Translations under genes and position numbers: made by a program
DNA from: Octopus sinensis
Lineage: Eukaryota
Length of the DNA: 64,000 nt
Direction: 5' to 3'
Assembly (NCBI RefSeq): GCF_006345805.1
Contig: NC_043006.1
Span: 21,328,001-21,392,000, forward strand
In this document: positions 53,245 through 64,000 of the stretch, one piece after another
Numbering within the stretch: position 1 is the stretch's first letter
Layout: the number at the start of each line of letters is the position of its first letter
The notes under the pieces: generated by a model
The model's database searches: none
What the model saw: only the letters and a program-made list of their open reading frames with translations
Told to the model about the DNA's origin: nothing

Positions 53245-53299
53245 ATATATATGTATATATATATGTATATATATGTATATATATATATATATATAAGTT

Positions 53300-53808
53300 C
53301 CTTTGCTGGGGATTTTAATCATTTTATAGTTTCTGGTTGTGGTGGGGAGGAATGTAAGACAGTACAAGAGGGTGAGGTGGATGAGGAGGAAGTGAGAAGG
53401 AGAACATGTGTGTATGTGTGTGTGTGTGTGTGCGTGTGCGTGTGTGTGCGTGTATGTGTTTGTATCTGAGGTGATGCTAAAGAGAAAGAGGGGAAGGGAG
53501 AGGGAAGAAGAAGGAAAGAAGTTTTTTAGTCTGCTGGACAGGATATTGACTTCAAGGGGTTTCAGTTTTGACCACTTCACACAGTGTCATTGAGTGTGTG
53601 ATGGTAGGAGGTAAGCCATAAATTATATTTCCTTTTAACATTGTTGGGATGGTCAGATGTCTTTTTGGGTTTTTAAGAATTCTTGTCACTTTGTATGATC
53701 GTTTTGTGGAGGCGTGTGTGTGTGTCTGTATATATGTATATATATATGTATATATATATGTATATATATATATATATATATGTCTGTATATATGTATATA
53801 TATATATG

Positions 53809-53856
<48 letters not shown>

Positions 53857-54005
53857 GTTGAAATTTACAGATAAACAAAAGACGCAGACAGGTGTATAAA
53901 CAACAAGCAAGTGTATAAGTTTGACGCTCAGGAAGGCGAGAAAGTCTTTTACGTTTCGAGCCCACACTCTTCAACGGAAAGGAACACGATGAAATAAACA
54001 GAGAA
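53300..54005 (-). mobile_element. PLE 3'/terminal relics interspersed with microsatellites
   Basis: [14 protein letters not shown]-type GIY-YIG end and a TTGAAGAG..CTCGAAAC hammerhead-like motif near 53955-53985. Confidence 0.5.
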
Positions 54006-54012
54006 AGATTAA

Positions 54013-54076
<64 letters not shown>

Positions 54077-54409
54077 CATATGATCATACATATCTGTTCA
54101 CAAGTAGATGAACGTATTAGCTTATTGACCAGCACAAAATTCTAAATATATAAAAATAGTAGTATATGCAGTCGTATATAAATTCTCACTCCCAATAACA
54201 TGTATACATTAAATGGCCTCAGTAAACATATGCGCGCCAACACGTATCAAGTACACATGCATGTGTATACACATCTGTCCAACGTAATAATACAATTATT
54301 AATTATATTAAATAATATAATATGCATACTACATAGCCCAAATATGATAATATAGTTGAAAGACATGTTCTTCAACTGTATACATAAAAATGGTCTTTTG
54401 CTACAGAAA

Positions 54410-55835
54410 CAGCTGCCTGGTATAAGTATATATATATATATATATATATAAGCATAAATAGGAACATGAGGTCACCGACTGTGTAAACAACATGAAATAT
54501 GTAGACAAACGCGTTAAATACTTAAACAACGAGAGAGAAAAAGTGAAAACAGGACAAGTAAACACAAAGAAACGACCCTTCATCAGTTGTCAGCAGTCTA
54601 TCTACTCCCCATATCGAGGAATGAATTACAATATGAGTCTTTAAAGATAGCTGCTCCAATAAATTCTAAGATAAAATTTAGGATTTACGAAGTGTCAAAG
54701 TTGGGATCAAAAGCGGGACAGTGGAGACATACAAGGAAACCGAACGAAAACAAACATGGAGGTTTGTTAGACCAGAATGAGAGAAAACCAGTGAACACTG
54801 GAGGAACACTGTGTGTAGACATCTACACACAGCCATTATGGATTAATGCAGATGATTTTAACCACGGATGTATATTATTTCTTCAAAATTTTTAACCTAA
54901 GTTTCGAGGTGTATTACATTCACAAACGATCATAAGATAGTTTAAACTTCTTAAATAATCGTACTTTATATATATCTATCTATATATTAATACAATATCA
55001 TTTTGGACGTATATCTTCTGTGAGCATTTTTAAATGTAATTTTTCCTGTTCCTACTTAATAATAATAATAATAATAATAATTATATATATATATATACAT
55101 ACATACATACACCCAACACACTATATATATTATAATATATATATATCATATATATACATATACTATATATTATACGTATAGACATATGTATATATTATGT
55201 ATTATCATTATTTAATTGAACTCTACGCATCCATTTCCAAGTAAGTTTATCTTCACCTTTTTGATGAGTTTATACTCTATACTGCTTTTTTCCTCCACCC
55301 TTCAATAATTCCCTTTTCCCTCCCACTTCACCGTTTCTCTCACCCTCTCTCTTTATCTCGTTGCTCACACGTGACTATCGTACATTTTTCTTTTCCTTAC
55401 GTGACCATCTTTCTTTTCCTACACGTACGTTGAAAAGACTGGGTGTGTTTCTTCTCCCTCTTCTATCTTTTCTCTCTTCAAAGATAATATTTCTCCCACC
55501 GTTCACTATTTTTCTCTTGTTCTGGTCTAACGACTCTCCATGATTTTTTTTTTCGTTCAGTTTCCTAGTATGTCTCCAATGTCGTCTTTTTGTTCCCAAC
55601 TTTGACCCTCCCTAAATCCTATATTTTATTTAAGAATTTATGGGAGCAGCTGTATTTGGAGACTCATATTGTTGCTGAATGCTCGAAATGAGGAGTAGAG
55701 AGACAGCTAACAACTGATGGAGGGTCGTTTCCCTGTGTTTACTTGTCCTGTTTCCATCTTTCTCGTCGTTTAAGTACTTAATTCGTTTGTCTACGTATTT
55801 CATGCTGGTTACACAGTTGGCGACGTCCTGTCTCA
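54410..55835. mobile_element. Two diverged, oppositely oriented copies of the pyrimidine-rich PLE-terminus family
   Basis: 54410-54800 (minus) versus 55500-55835 (plus), clearly diverged from each other. Confidence 0.55.
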
Positions 55836-55856
55836 TATATATATATTATCTATATA

Positions 55857-55919
<63 letters not shown>

Positions 55920-56502
55920 GATGTAATATATGTATATATATGTATATTATATATGTATATAATGTATGGTATATGTATATATATGTATATATACATATGT
56001 ATATATATGTATATATATGTATATATATATACATATGTATATATATGTATATATATATAGATATATGTATATATATAATGTATATGTATATAAATACATA
56101 TATATATATTATATGTATATATATATAGATATATATACATATGTATATATATTATATGTATATATATATATTTATATTATATATATATATTATAATATAA
56201 GTATATATATATATATATATATATATTTATGTATGTATGTATGTATATATAAATATATATATGTGTATATACATGTATATATATATATATAGTATATATA
56301 TATATAATATATGTGTGTTGTGTGTGTGTGTGTGTGGGTGTTTGTATATATATACATACTATACATATACGCGCACATACATATCAATCAAGTTATTCAA
56401 TGCAAAACAGCATTAAGAACAAAGAGACAAAATTGTACGAAATAATGTATATCACGTCTATATGGTTAAGAGACTGTAATGCGCAGTTAAGCATGAATCA
56501 TG

Positions 56503-56567
<65 letters not shown>

Positions 56568-56700
56568 GTATGTATGTATGTAGGTTGTATGTATAGTATA
56601 GTATATATATATATAATATATATATATTATAATACATATATATATATAATATCTGTGTGTGTATGTGTGTGTGTGTGTGTGTGTGTATATAAGACTAACG
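55835..56700. repeat. Long (TA)n-derived microsatellite
   Basis: Seen directly in the sequence. Confidence 0.95.
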
Positions 56701-56890
56701 CACACATGCACATATGTGTTTTCAATAGCCTGCCCTCGTACTCTTAAAAGCAACGCCAAGCCATATCCTTATAAATAATTATAGAGGAAAATCGAAGCAG
56801 TTGTCTTTCTGAAAACAATTCTTCGATGATTGATTTTCCTCGATCACATTGCTATACTTGGTTACTTCTTCAAGCTTGATATAAACGCAT

Positions 56891-57293
56891 ACTCTTTTAC
56901 TCTTTTACTCTTTTACTTGTTTCAATCAATTGACTGCGTCCATGCTGGAGCACCGCCTTTAATCGAGCAACTCGACCCCGGGACTTATTTTTTTGTAAGC
57001 CCAGTATTTATTCTATCGGTCTCTTTTGCCGAACCGCTAAGTAACAGGGACGTAAACACACCAGCATCGGTTGTCAAGCAATGCTAGGGGGACAAACACA
57101 GATACACAAACACATACACGCATATATTATATAATATATATATATATATACGACGGGCTTCTTTTCAGTTTCCATCTACCAAATCCACTCACAAGCTATA
57201 GTAGAAGACACTTGCCCAAGGTGCCACGCAGTGGGACTGAACCCGGAACCATGTGGTTGGTAAACAAGCTACTTACCACACAGCCACTCCTGC

Positions 57294-57296
<3 letters not shown>
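56891..57296 (-). mobile_element. SINE family D, near full length
   Basis: Multicopy match. Confidence 0.85.
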
Positions 57297-57331
<35 letters not shown>

Positions 57332-57637
57332 CATATATATATATACATATATCCGTAATAATGAAGGGTGAAATTAATTAATTTGGAATAATTATCAATT
57401 ACACCAAGTAGTCTTCGGCATGTAAAAGCCTCATTCGAGGAAAATTTAAGTAATACTAAGCAATAAAGGGTTTAGCAACGAATTGCCTTACCACATACCG
57501 AATTAGAAATAGCAGTCAAAGAGTTATAGCTATTTCTTCTACTAAAAAGGGAGATCTCAGTAAAAACAGCAATTGGAAGGCAGACACAAACAGGTAAGAG
57601 GAATGATTGACGGCAATCTATCATACAATTTAAGTAT

Positions 57638-57735
57638 CTACGGACGTACGTTTCGAAATCAAGTTTTTAGGAAAGCATAAGAATTAAATATTAAATAATT
57701 CTATCTCACCAAAACTTCTTTTCTCTTCAGCGTAG
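57638..57735 (-). ncRNA. Minimal type-I hammerhead ribozyme motif
   Basis: Reverse complement reads CUACG CUGAAGA GAAA...UUUC GAAAC guac GUC CGUAG, with palindrome ACGUACGU in stem/loop III. Confidence 0.8.
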
Positions 57736-58235
57736 AATACTATAATCATAAATGATTATATATTGAATTTTGAGATACTAGAAGGCACCAACTCAACACA
57801 GTATCAGAGCGAGCTAGAATCCGCAACTAGTATCACCAAATTCAATGTGTGAATGAAAAGATTGTGTCACCAGCCCCTTCCCACCCGCGTGTAGCCAAAA
57901 CAAGATGCTGTGGTCATCTACTGAGATAAAATATGGTTATCCGTAATAATGAAGGGTGAAATTAATTAATTTGGAATAATTATCAATTACACCAAATTTA
58001 TTGCTTAGTATTACTTAAATTTTTATTACTTAAACCATATTTTATCTCAGTAGATGACCACAGCATCTTGTTTTGGCTACACGCGGGTGGGAAGGGGCTG
58101 GTGACACAATCTTTTCATTCACACATTGAATTTGGTGATACTAGTTGCGGATTCTAGCTCGCTCTGATACTGAGTTGAGTTGGTGCCTTCTAGTATCTCA
58201 AAATTCAATATATAATCATTTATGATTATAGTATT

Positions 58236-58333
58236 CTACGCTGAACGAGAAAAGAAGTTTTGGTGAGATAGAATTATTTACTATTTAATTCTTATGCTTT
58301 CCTAAAAACTTGATTTCGAAACGTAGTCCGTAG
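58236..58333 (+). ncRNA. Hammerhead motif, mirror copy with two 1-nt indels
   Basis: CUACG CUGAAcGA GAAA...UUUC GAAAC gua GUC CGUAG. Confidence 0.6.
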
Positions 58334-58524
58334 ATAACTTAAAATTGTATGATAGATTGCCGTCAATTCATTCTCTCTTACCTGTTTGTGTCTGCCTTCC
58401 AATTGCTGTTTTTACTGAGATCTCCCTTTTTAGTAGAAGAAAATAGCTATAACTCTTTGACTGCTATTTCTAAATTCGGTATGTGGTAAGGCAATTCGTT
58501 GCTAAACCCTTTATTGCTTAGTAT

Positions 58525-59135
58525 ATATACATATATATATATCTATATATATATATATAATATATATATTATATAATATATATATATATGTATGTATATA
58601 TATATATGTATATGCATGTATGTATATAGCTACGTTTTGAAGTATATGTATATACTTGCACAAATACTTGCTTATAAATGCATAAACATACATGCCCATA
58701 CATGCACGTACAAGCACATGTATACACATACCCACGCGTAATCATATACAGATATAGATATATATTTGCACGTACATACACTCACTTATATTCATGTACA
58801 CGCGCAATCACGCATACACACGGATGCAATATGCAAGTAGGCATACATGTACATGCGCTTTTACACGCATGCACACAAATGTATATGCAAACACAGACAC
58901 ACACACAGGAACACTCCAAAAACTGATAGAGTACAACACCAGCACACACACACACGTAATCACGGACACACATGCATACACACACATATACACTGTCACA
59001 TTAACACGCTAATACATACTCAAAATCTCTGTCCTTTTTCCCATGGCATTCATTACTCATAAACTGCATCAACGCACGCATACATTCACATACACACATC
59101 ATCATCATCATCATCATCATTATATATGTACATAC

Positions 59136-59186
<51 letters not shown>

Positions 59187-59247
59187 TAGTAGGTATATAT
59201 ATGTGCTCGAATGGGTGTTTAAATCCATACTCATATACACATAAATT

Positions 59248-59303
<56 letters not shown>

Positions 59304-59579
59304 GGGTAAATGTTTTTTATATCTCTTTCTGTTTCAGAATTACAACTGTTAGTGGTTTGGAGTTTAACTGCTCTTTCTAGTGATTCGGATGTCCTATTAT
59401 GGCCATCCCTTATATGTTTGTATATATATATATATACATGCAGAGAAAAAGTGTGTATATATACACACACATATGCCAGCAAATATATCTATGTATATAC
59501 CTATATAGAAAGTCGTTGGCAACCTCCACACACACACACACATACACCCTCTTTGTTTCTTTAGCTCTTTCTCTCTCTT

Positions 59580-59613
<34 letters not shown>

Positions 59614-59909
59614 TTTACCTCTTATTTTCGCACTCTCTCACTCTTTCATACGTTCTCTCTATGTTTCTTCACTGCTTCGTGCTTATTCATTCATGCTTTC
59701 GTTTCATGTTTCTGTCTTTCACCCTCTTCAATTCTGTCATCCTATTGAAGCTTTGAAGACGTATCCTAATTTACTTACACACACACACACACAAACGCAC
59801 ACGAACACTCACTGTCTCTTCCTTTCTCTCTCTTTCTCTCTCTCTCCCTTTTCTTTCCACGCTCACACACTTTCTCTTTGTGTGTATATATATGTGTGTG
59901 TGTGTGTGT

Positions 59910-59947
<38 letters not shown>

Positions 59948-60340
59948 TATGTATATATATATATACATAATATATATGTATCAGTGTATATATATATATA
60001 TATTATATATATATATATATATACACATACATATATATATACATATTTATATAATATATATATAGATACATACATACATATATATATATTTTATATATAT
60101 ATATATATAGTATTTGTTATTTGTATATATATTTATATTTGTATCTATATATATTTATTATATTTATATATATATACATATATATATATAATATATATAT
60201 ATATTACTAGAGAGAGAGAGGAGAGAGAGAGGGAGGTAGGTAGGGAGATATGTGCTCGAATGGGTGTAAATCCATACTCATACACACACACACCACACAT
60301 CTATATATATATATATAATATATATATATAATATACATGC
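58525..60340. repeat. Microsatellite-rich tract with an internal tandem duplication
   Basis: atatgtgctcgaatgggtg at about 59200 and 60250; gccagcaaatatatctatg...cgttggcaacc at about 59475-59525 and 60374-60425. Confidence 0.8.
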
Positions 60341-61263
60341 AGCGAAAAAGTCTGTATATATACACACACATATGCCAGCAAATATATCTATGTATATACC
60401 TATATAGAAACTCGTTGGCAACCCCCACAGTCACGCATCATTTTTTCCTCCCGCCCCCAAACTCTATACTAGCTGTATATAAAGACAGATATATTCTGTA
60501 ACACCTCTCTGTCTTCAATTCCACTCACTCTCCTAATGCCGGCTTTCCCCTCTGTCTACGCCTCTCCTCTCCCCCTCTCTCCCACCTTTCCTCTTCTTCT
60601 TTCTCTTTGCTGTCCTTTTGGGGGCTTTAATCCAATCCATAGTCTTGTCTATGGTTAGATAATCCATCTAACCGGTCTTACCACTTTTTTATCCTCCCCA
60701 CATCCATCTTCTATCTCTCTTTTTCTCTTTCTCTCTCCTCCCTCTCCTTTTTTTATCCTCACTCACTCCCTCCCTCTCTTTCCTTCTCCCTCTGATTTTC
60801 TCTCCTGCCGTCTGCCTCACCCCAATGTGTGCAATATTTCCCTTGTTTCTTGTATCCATGCAATTATCCGTTTCTTTTTGCCATACATTCCACGTTCTTC
60901 ATAGTTATACACACATACACACATGCACACATAAATATATACATACATACATACGTGCATACATACTTACATACATTCATACACACATGTGTATATATAT
61001 ATATATGTGTGTGTATATATATATAGTGAGAGAGAGAGAGAGATACGTACATACATATACATACGCATACGTCTATCAATGAAATTATATGCATGTGTGT
61101 GTACGCACATGTGTATGCGTGTGTGTATGCGTGTGTGTGCGTGTCTATATATGCTTAGAGAGCACTCTCGGTGATTAAATACTTCAATACTTTTTTAAGC
61201 AAATGAAGTAATACCATATAGGTCATATGTCCGTCTAAACAGCCTATATATAAACATACGCAG

Positions 61264-61269
<6 letters not shown>

Positions 61270-61298
<29 letters not shown>

Positions 61299-61366
61299 TG
61301 TATGTATGTATGTATGTATGTATGTATGTATGTATGTGTGTGTGTATGTATGTATGTATGTATGTA

Positions 61367-61397
<31 letters not shown>

Positions 61398-61590
61398 ATG
61401 TATGTGTATGTATGCATGTGTGTGTGTATGTATGTGTGTGTGTATGTATGTATGTATGTATGTATGTATGTGTGTATGTATGTATGTGTGTATGTATGTA
61501 TGTATGTATGTATGTATGTATGTGTGTATGTATGTATGTATGTATGTATGTATGTATGTATGTATGTATGTATGTGTGTGTGTGTGTATT
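61270..61590. repeat. (TATG)n/(TG)n microsatellite
   Basis: Seen directly in the sequence. Confidence 0.97.
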
Positions 61591-61789
61591 TATGTACGTT
61601 TCTATGTCTCTCTTCTGTATTTAATCATTCATGTTCTTCCTCTGAAGAAGGAGTTGTTTTTTAACAAAGATACAAAACTCAATTTTTGGAATGTAGATAT
61701 CGAAAACATTGTCACATTTTAAACCTGGGAAAAGTTTTGCATAGTTTTACTATTATGTTTACTGATTGTATTTGTAATGTCGAATCAGT

Positions 61790-62990
61790 TGGTTGATTTT
61801 TTTTTCTGAAAATCCTGGATTATCTAGACTGATAGTCAGGCATTTACTTGCAAAAACGGGGGCTCCAAATATTTATTGGTATAAAGGTAAATGTGTAATC
61901 AGGTTGTCCATACTCGTCTTCTTTCTCTTTGATTTACAAAGAGCTATTCACATCAAGAGGAGTTCTGACCCCTAAGACGGTACATAGGTTTTCTTGTCAA
62001 TCCTAAATAACAATATCTGGCCTGTTATGTTTACATTTGGCAGATATTTTCATGGAAATATTCCACCAGTATTCCTTGTGCTGGTATTTGTGCACGTATT
62101 CGGTAACAGTGCAATTCTCTATATCTATTCCTGAACAGTCATTTTTGGCGAATATCATTGTATTTTGTTTTTGCGACAACGTCATGTCGTATAGGGAGGC
62201 AATATGTTGATGACGTTCCTGGGCAGCTGGTAATCACATGTGGGATGTCTTCCACAGAAATATGACATAATCTACATTTACGGTTTCATCTGACTCTTTT
62301 GTTGATTAGGTATTTAGCAGCAATCTCCTCCTCTTGGATTGCAAATACATAGCCTTCGAAGTTTGATCTGCTGTAATGTTGACGAGTCCAAGAGAGGCTT
62401 TGCTTCATGTCAATCTTACTATGTTTTTTTTTTTTTTTGTCATGTCTACGAGAAACATACCCATGAACTGTCTGTTTTGATATGCCGAGCGTTCGACTTT
62501 CAGGTCTTCTTTGAGGTATGCTTATCCGGATGATTTGGGGTTGTATGGAAGGTCATCAGGAAGATAGTACTTCCCGAAGAGCTCACTTCAAACATGTAGG
62601 ATATGGTTTTCTTCACTTTCCAGCACTAAGTGTATATTTATTTTTGCTGCTGTTGTTTAGTAAGTGCTGTCTCAGAGACAGTGCGGTATTCAAAGTTTGT
62701 CTGAACTAATCTCAAGCCGCTACATCCTTTACTCCTCTTAAGTAGAGCCTGTCAATATCACTATTTTTGTGAAGATTTCCGGTTGATGTTAGAATCTGGC
62801 AGTCTATGGAGTGGATTTCCTCTACAGAACATACATACATACATTTCTTAACTATTTCTATGCTCTCTTCCATCTTCCTCTCAGCAATAACCGACCTCAC
62901 TAACGAGGAATTCCCATTTGGCATCAAGATCTCATGCCTAACAGATTAAATGCATCAGGACCGGCCGCATCTGGTCGCTTCAAAAGAAAG
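61790..62990 (-). mobile_element. Decayed R4/R2-group (REL endonuclease) LINE
   Basis: NLHKNSDIDRLYL (cf. LHPKSDVDRLY.PR) and KCKHNRPDIVI* fragments, with many stops. Confidence 0.75.
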
Positions 62991-63022
62991 AAAATCAAAT
63001 ATTCTGAATCATCTAACCACAT

Positions 63023-63025
<3 letters not shown>

Positions 63026-63079
<54 letters not shown>

Positions 63080-63086
63080 AGAGAGT
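63026..63086. repeat. (AG)n microsatellite
   Basis: Seen directly in the sequence. Confidence 0.95.
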
Positions 63087-63119
63087 CCAAATTGAAATTA
63101 AAAAAAAAAATAAAAGATG

Positions 63120-64000
63120 ACGACAGGTGTAGGAACAACAAGCAGATGAATTAGTTTAACGCTCATGAAAAATGAAAACGTTTTTTATGTTTCGAGCCTA
63201 TACTCTTCGACAGATAGGGACAATATGGAAAAATGGAGAGAGAATGAAAAAAACTGAGAAGAAAACAATGTAGAGTTCTAACATGGCGTATGACTGGGAA
63301 AATGAGGTTGAATGAAAGGGAGATAATAATGGTGATCCCAACGAACGAAGTTGCGCAAGCGTGTGTGCGTATATGAGAATGATGTGTGTGAGTGTGTAAG
63401 TGTATGTGTGAATGGGGCGAATGAGTCTAACGGGTGTGTAGGGGTGGCCAAATGGTGTGCATGTGTACAATGTGTGTTTTTTGGAGAACGTTATCTATGT
63501 GTGTTGCATGTGTTTATGCGTGTTATGTGTGTGTATGTATTGTTTGTGTAGTAGCATTATGTGCTTGTGTGGGTGTGGCAGTGTGCATGATGATGTATGG
63601 TGTGTGTACTGATTTAAACAGTGTGTGTGGCTGCTCGTATAGTGGTATGTGGTGATTTTATAGGAGATTGTGTGTGGATGTGTGAATAATGGTGTGCGGT
63701 GTGGGTGCTGAGAAGCGGTCGGTGCAAGTGTGTGTGGAGTGTGAAGGTATGACTGTGTGTGTAATGGTGTGTGAAGTCAGTGACGAGTTGACTAGTGTGT
63801 ATGGGTGTCTGTATAGTGGTGTATATGTGGTGAGTGTATCGAGGTGAGCAGTATGCAGGTGTGTAGTGACGGGGACAGTTGAATGTGGGAGGTGTGTGGA
63901 AATCCGTGTAAACTTGAATAGTTTACAGATGAATAGTGGAGGCGAGTTGAGCCCTTATGGCGCGAAAGAACGAAGAAAGAAGATTAATGCCTGTTCACAT
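63120..64000 (-). mobile_element. PLE 3' end and terminal region
   Basis: The minus strand gives CEQALIFFLRSFAP*GLN (cf. EQxLIFxLGTLxPxGLN, GIY-YIG end), a CA-rich tail and GAAGAG-tatagg-CTCGAAAC near 63190-63212. Confidence 0.65.

Larger units (their letters stand above)
57351..58523. mobile_element. Fold-back PLE terminus (arms 57454-57938 / 58033-58523) between (TA)n tracts
   Basis: Near-perfect inverted arms containing an LNFEILE...ELESA GIY-YIG-like end and a hammerhead motif. Confidence 0.8.

Noticed and set aside
59320-59410. Possible exon after a tttctgtttcag acceptor
   Set aside because: No donor site before the (TA)n tract, two frames are closed, and the open frame is uninformative.
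60480-60830. Long polypyrimidine tract as a regulatory or triplex element
   Set aside because: It cannot be distinguished from decayed (CT)n low-complexity sequence, which is common in this window.

Overview
AT-rich, microsatellite-saturated, apparently gene-less eukaryotic DNA. The SINE families and (TA)n/(CA)n/(TATG)n load resemble octopus (cephalopod) genomic DNA; this is inferred from repeat recognition, not a search. No host protein-coding gene is supported. Most ORFs in the track are dinucleotide-repeat translations. The window is a mosaic of tRNA-derived SINEs (4 families), non-autonomous Helitrons, Tc1/mariner relics (one full-length, about 1.29 kb), R4/Dong, RTE and CR1 LINE fragments, and many Penelope-like element (PLE) relics. 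Four things stand out. (1) Minimal type-I hammerhead ribozyme motifs with palindromic stem-III loops recur inside fold-back (inverted-duplicated) PLE termini flanked by (TA)n: 10804-10848, 17053-17094, 20307-20387, 57638-57735 and 58236-58333, plus degenerate relics. (2) A non-autonomous TIR transposon family has RGGATC...GATCCY ends and 6-bp TSDs (3 insertions); two copies carry TTAGGG repeats and a G4-like tract. (3) There is a 6.5-kb palindrome, possibly a long-read artefact, and a 0.8-kb spacer-less palindrome. (4) A 5'-truncated Dong/R4 element sits in a (TAA)n tract. A 100-N gap lies at 5966-6065. Coordinates were read by eye and degenerate boundaries are approximate.
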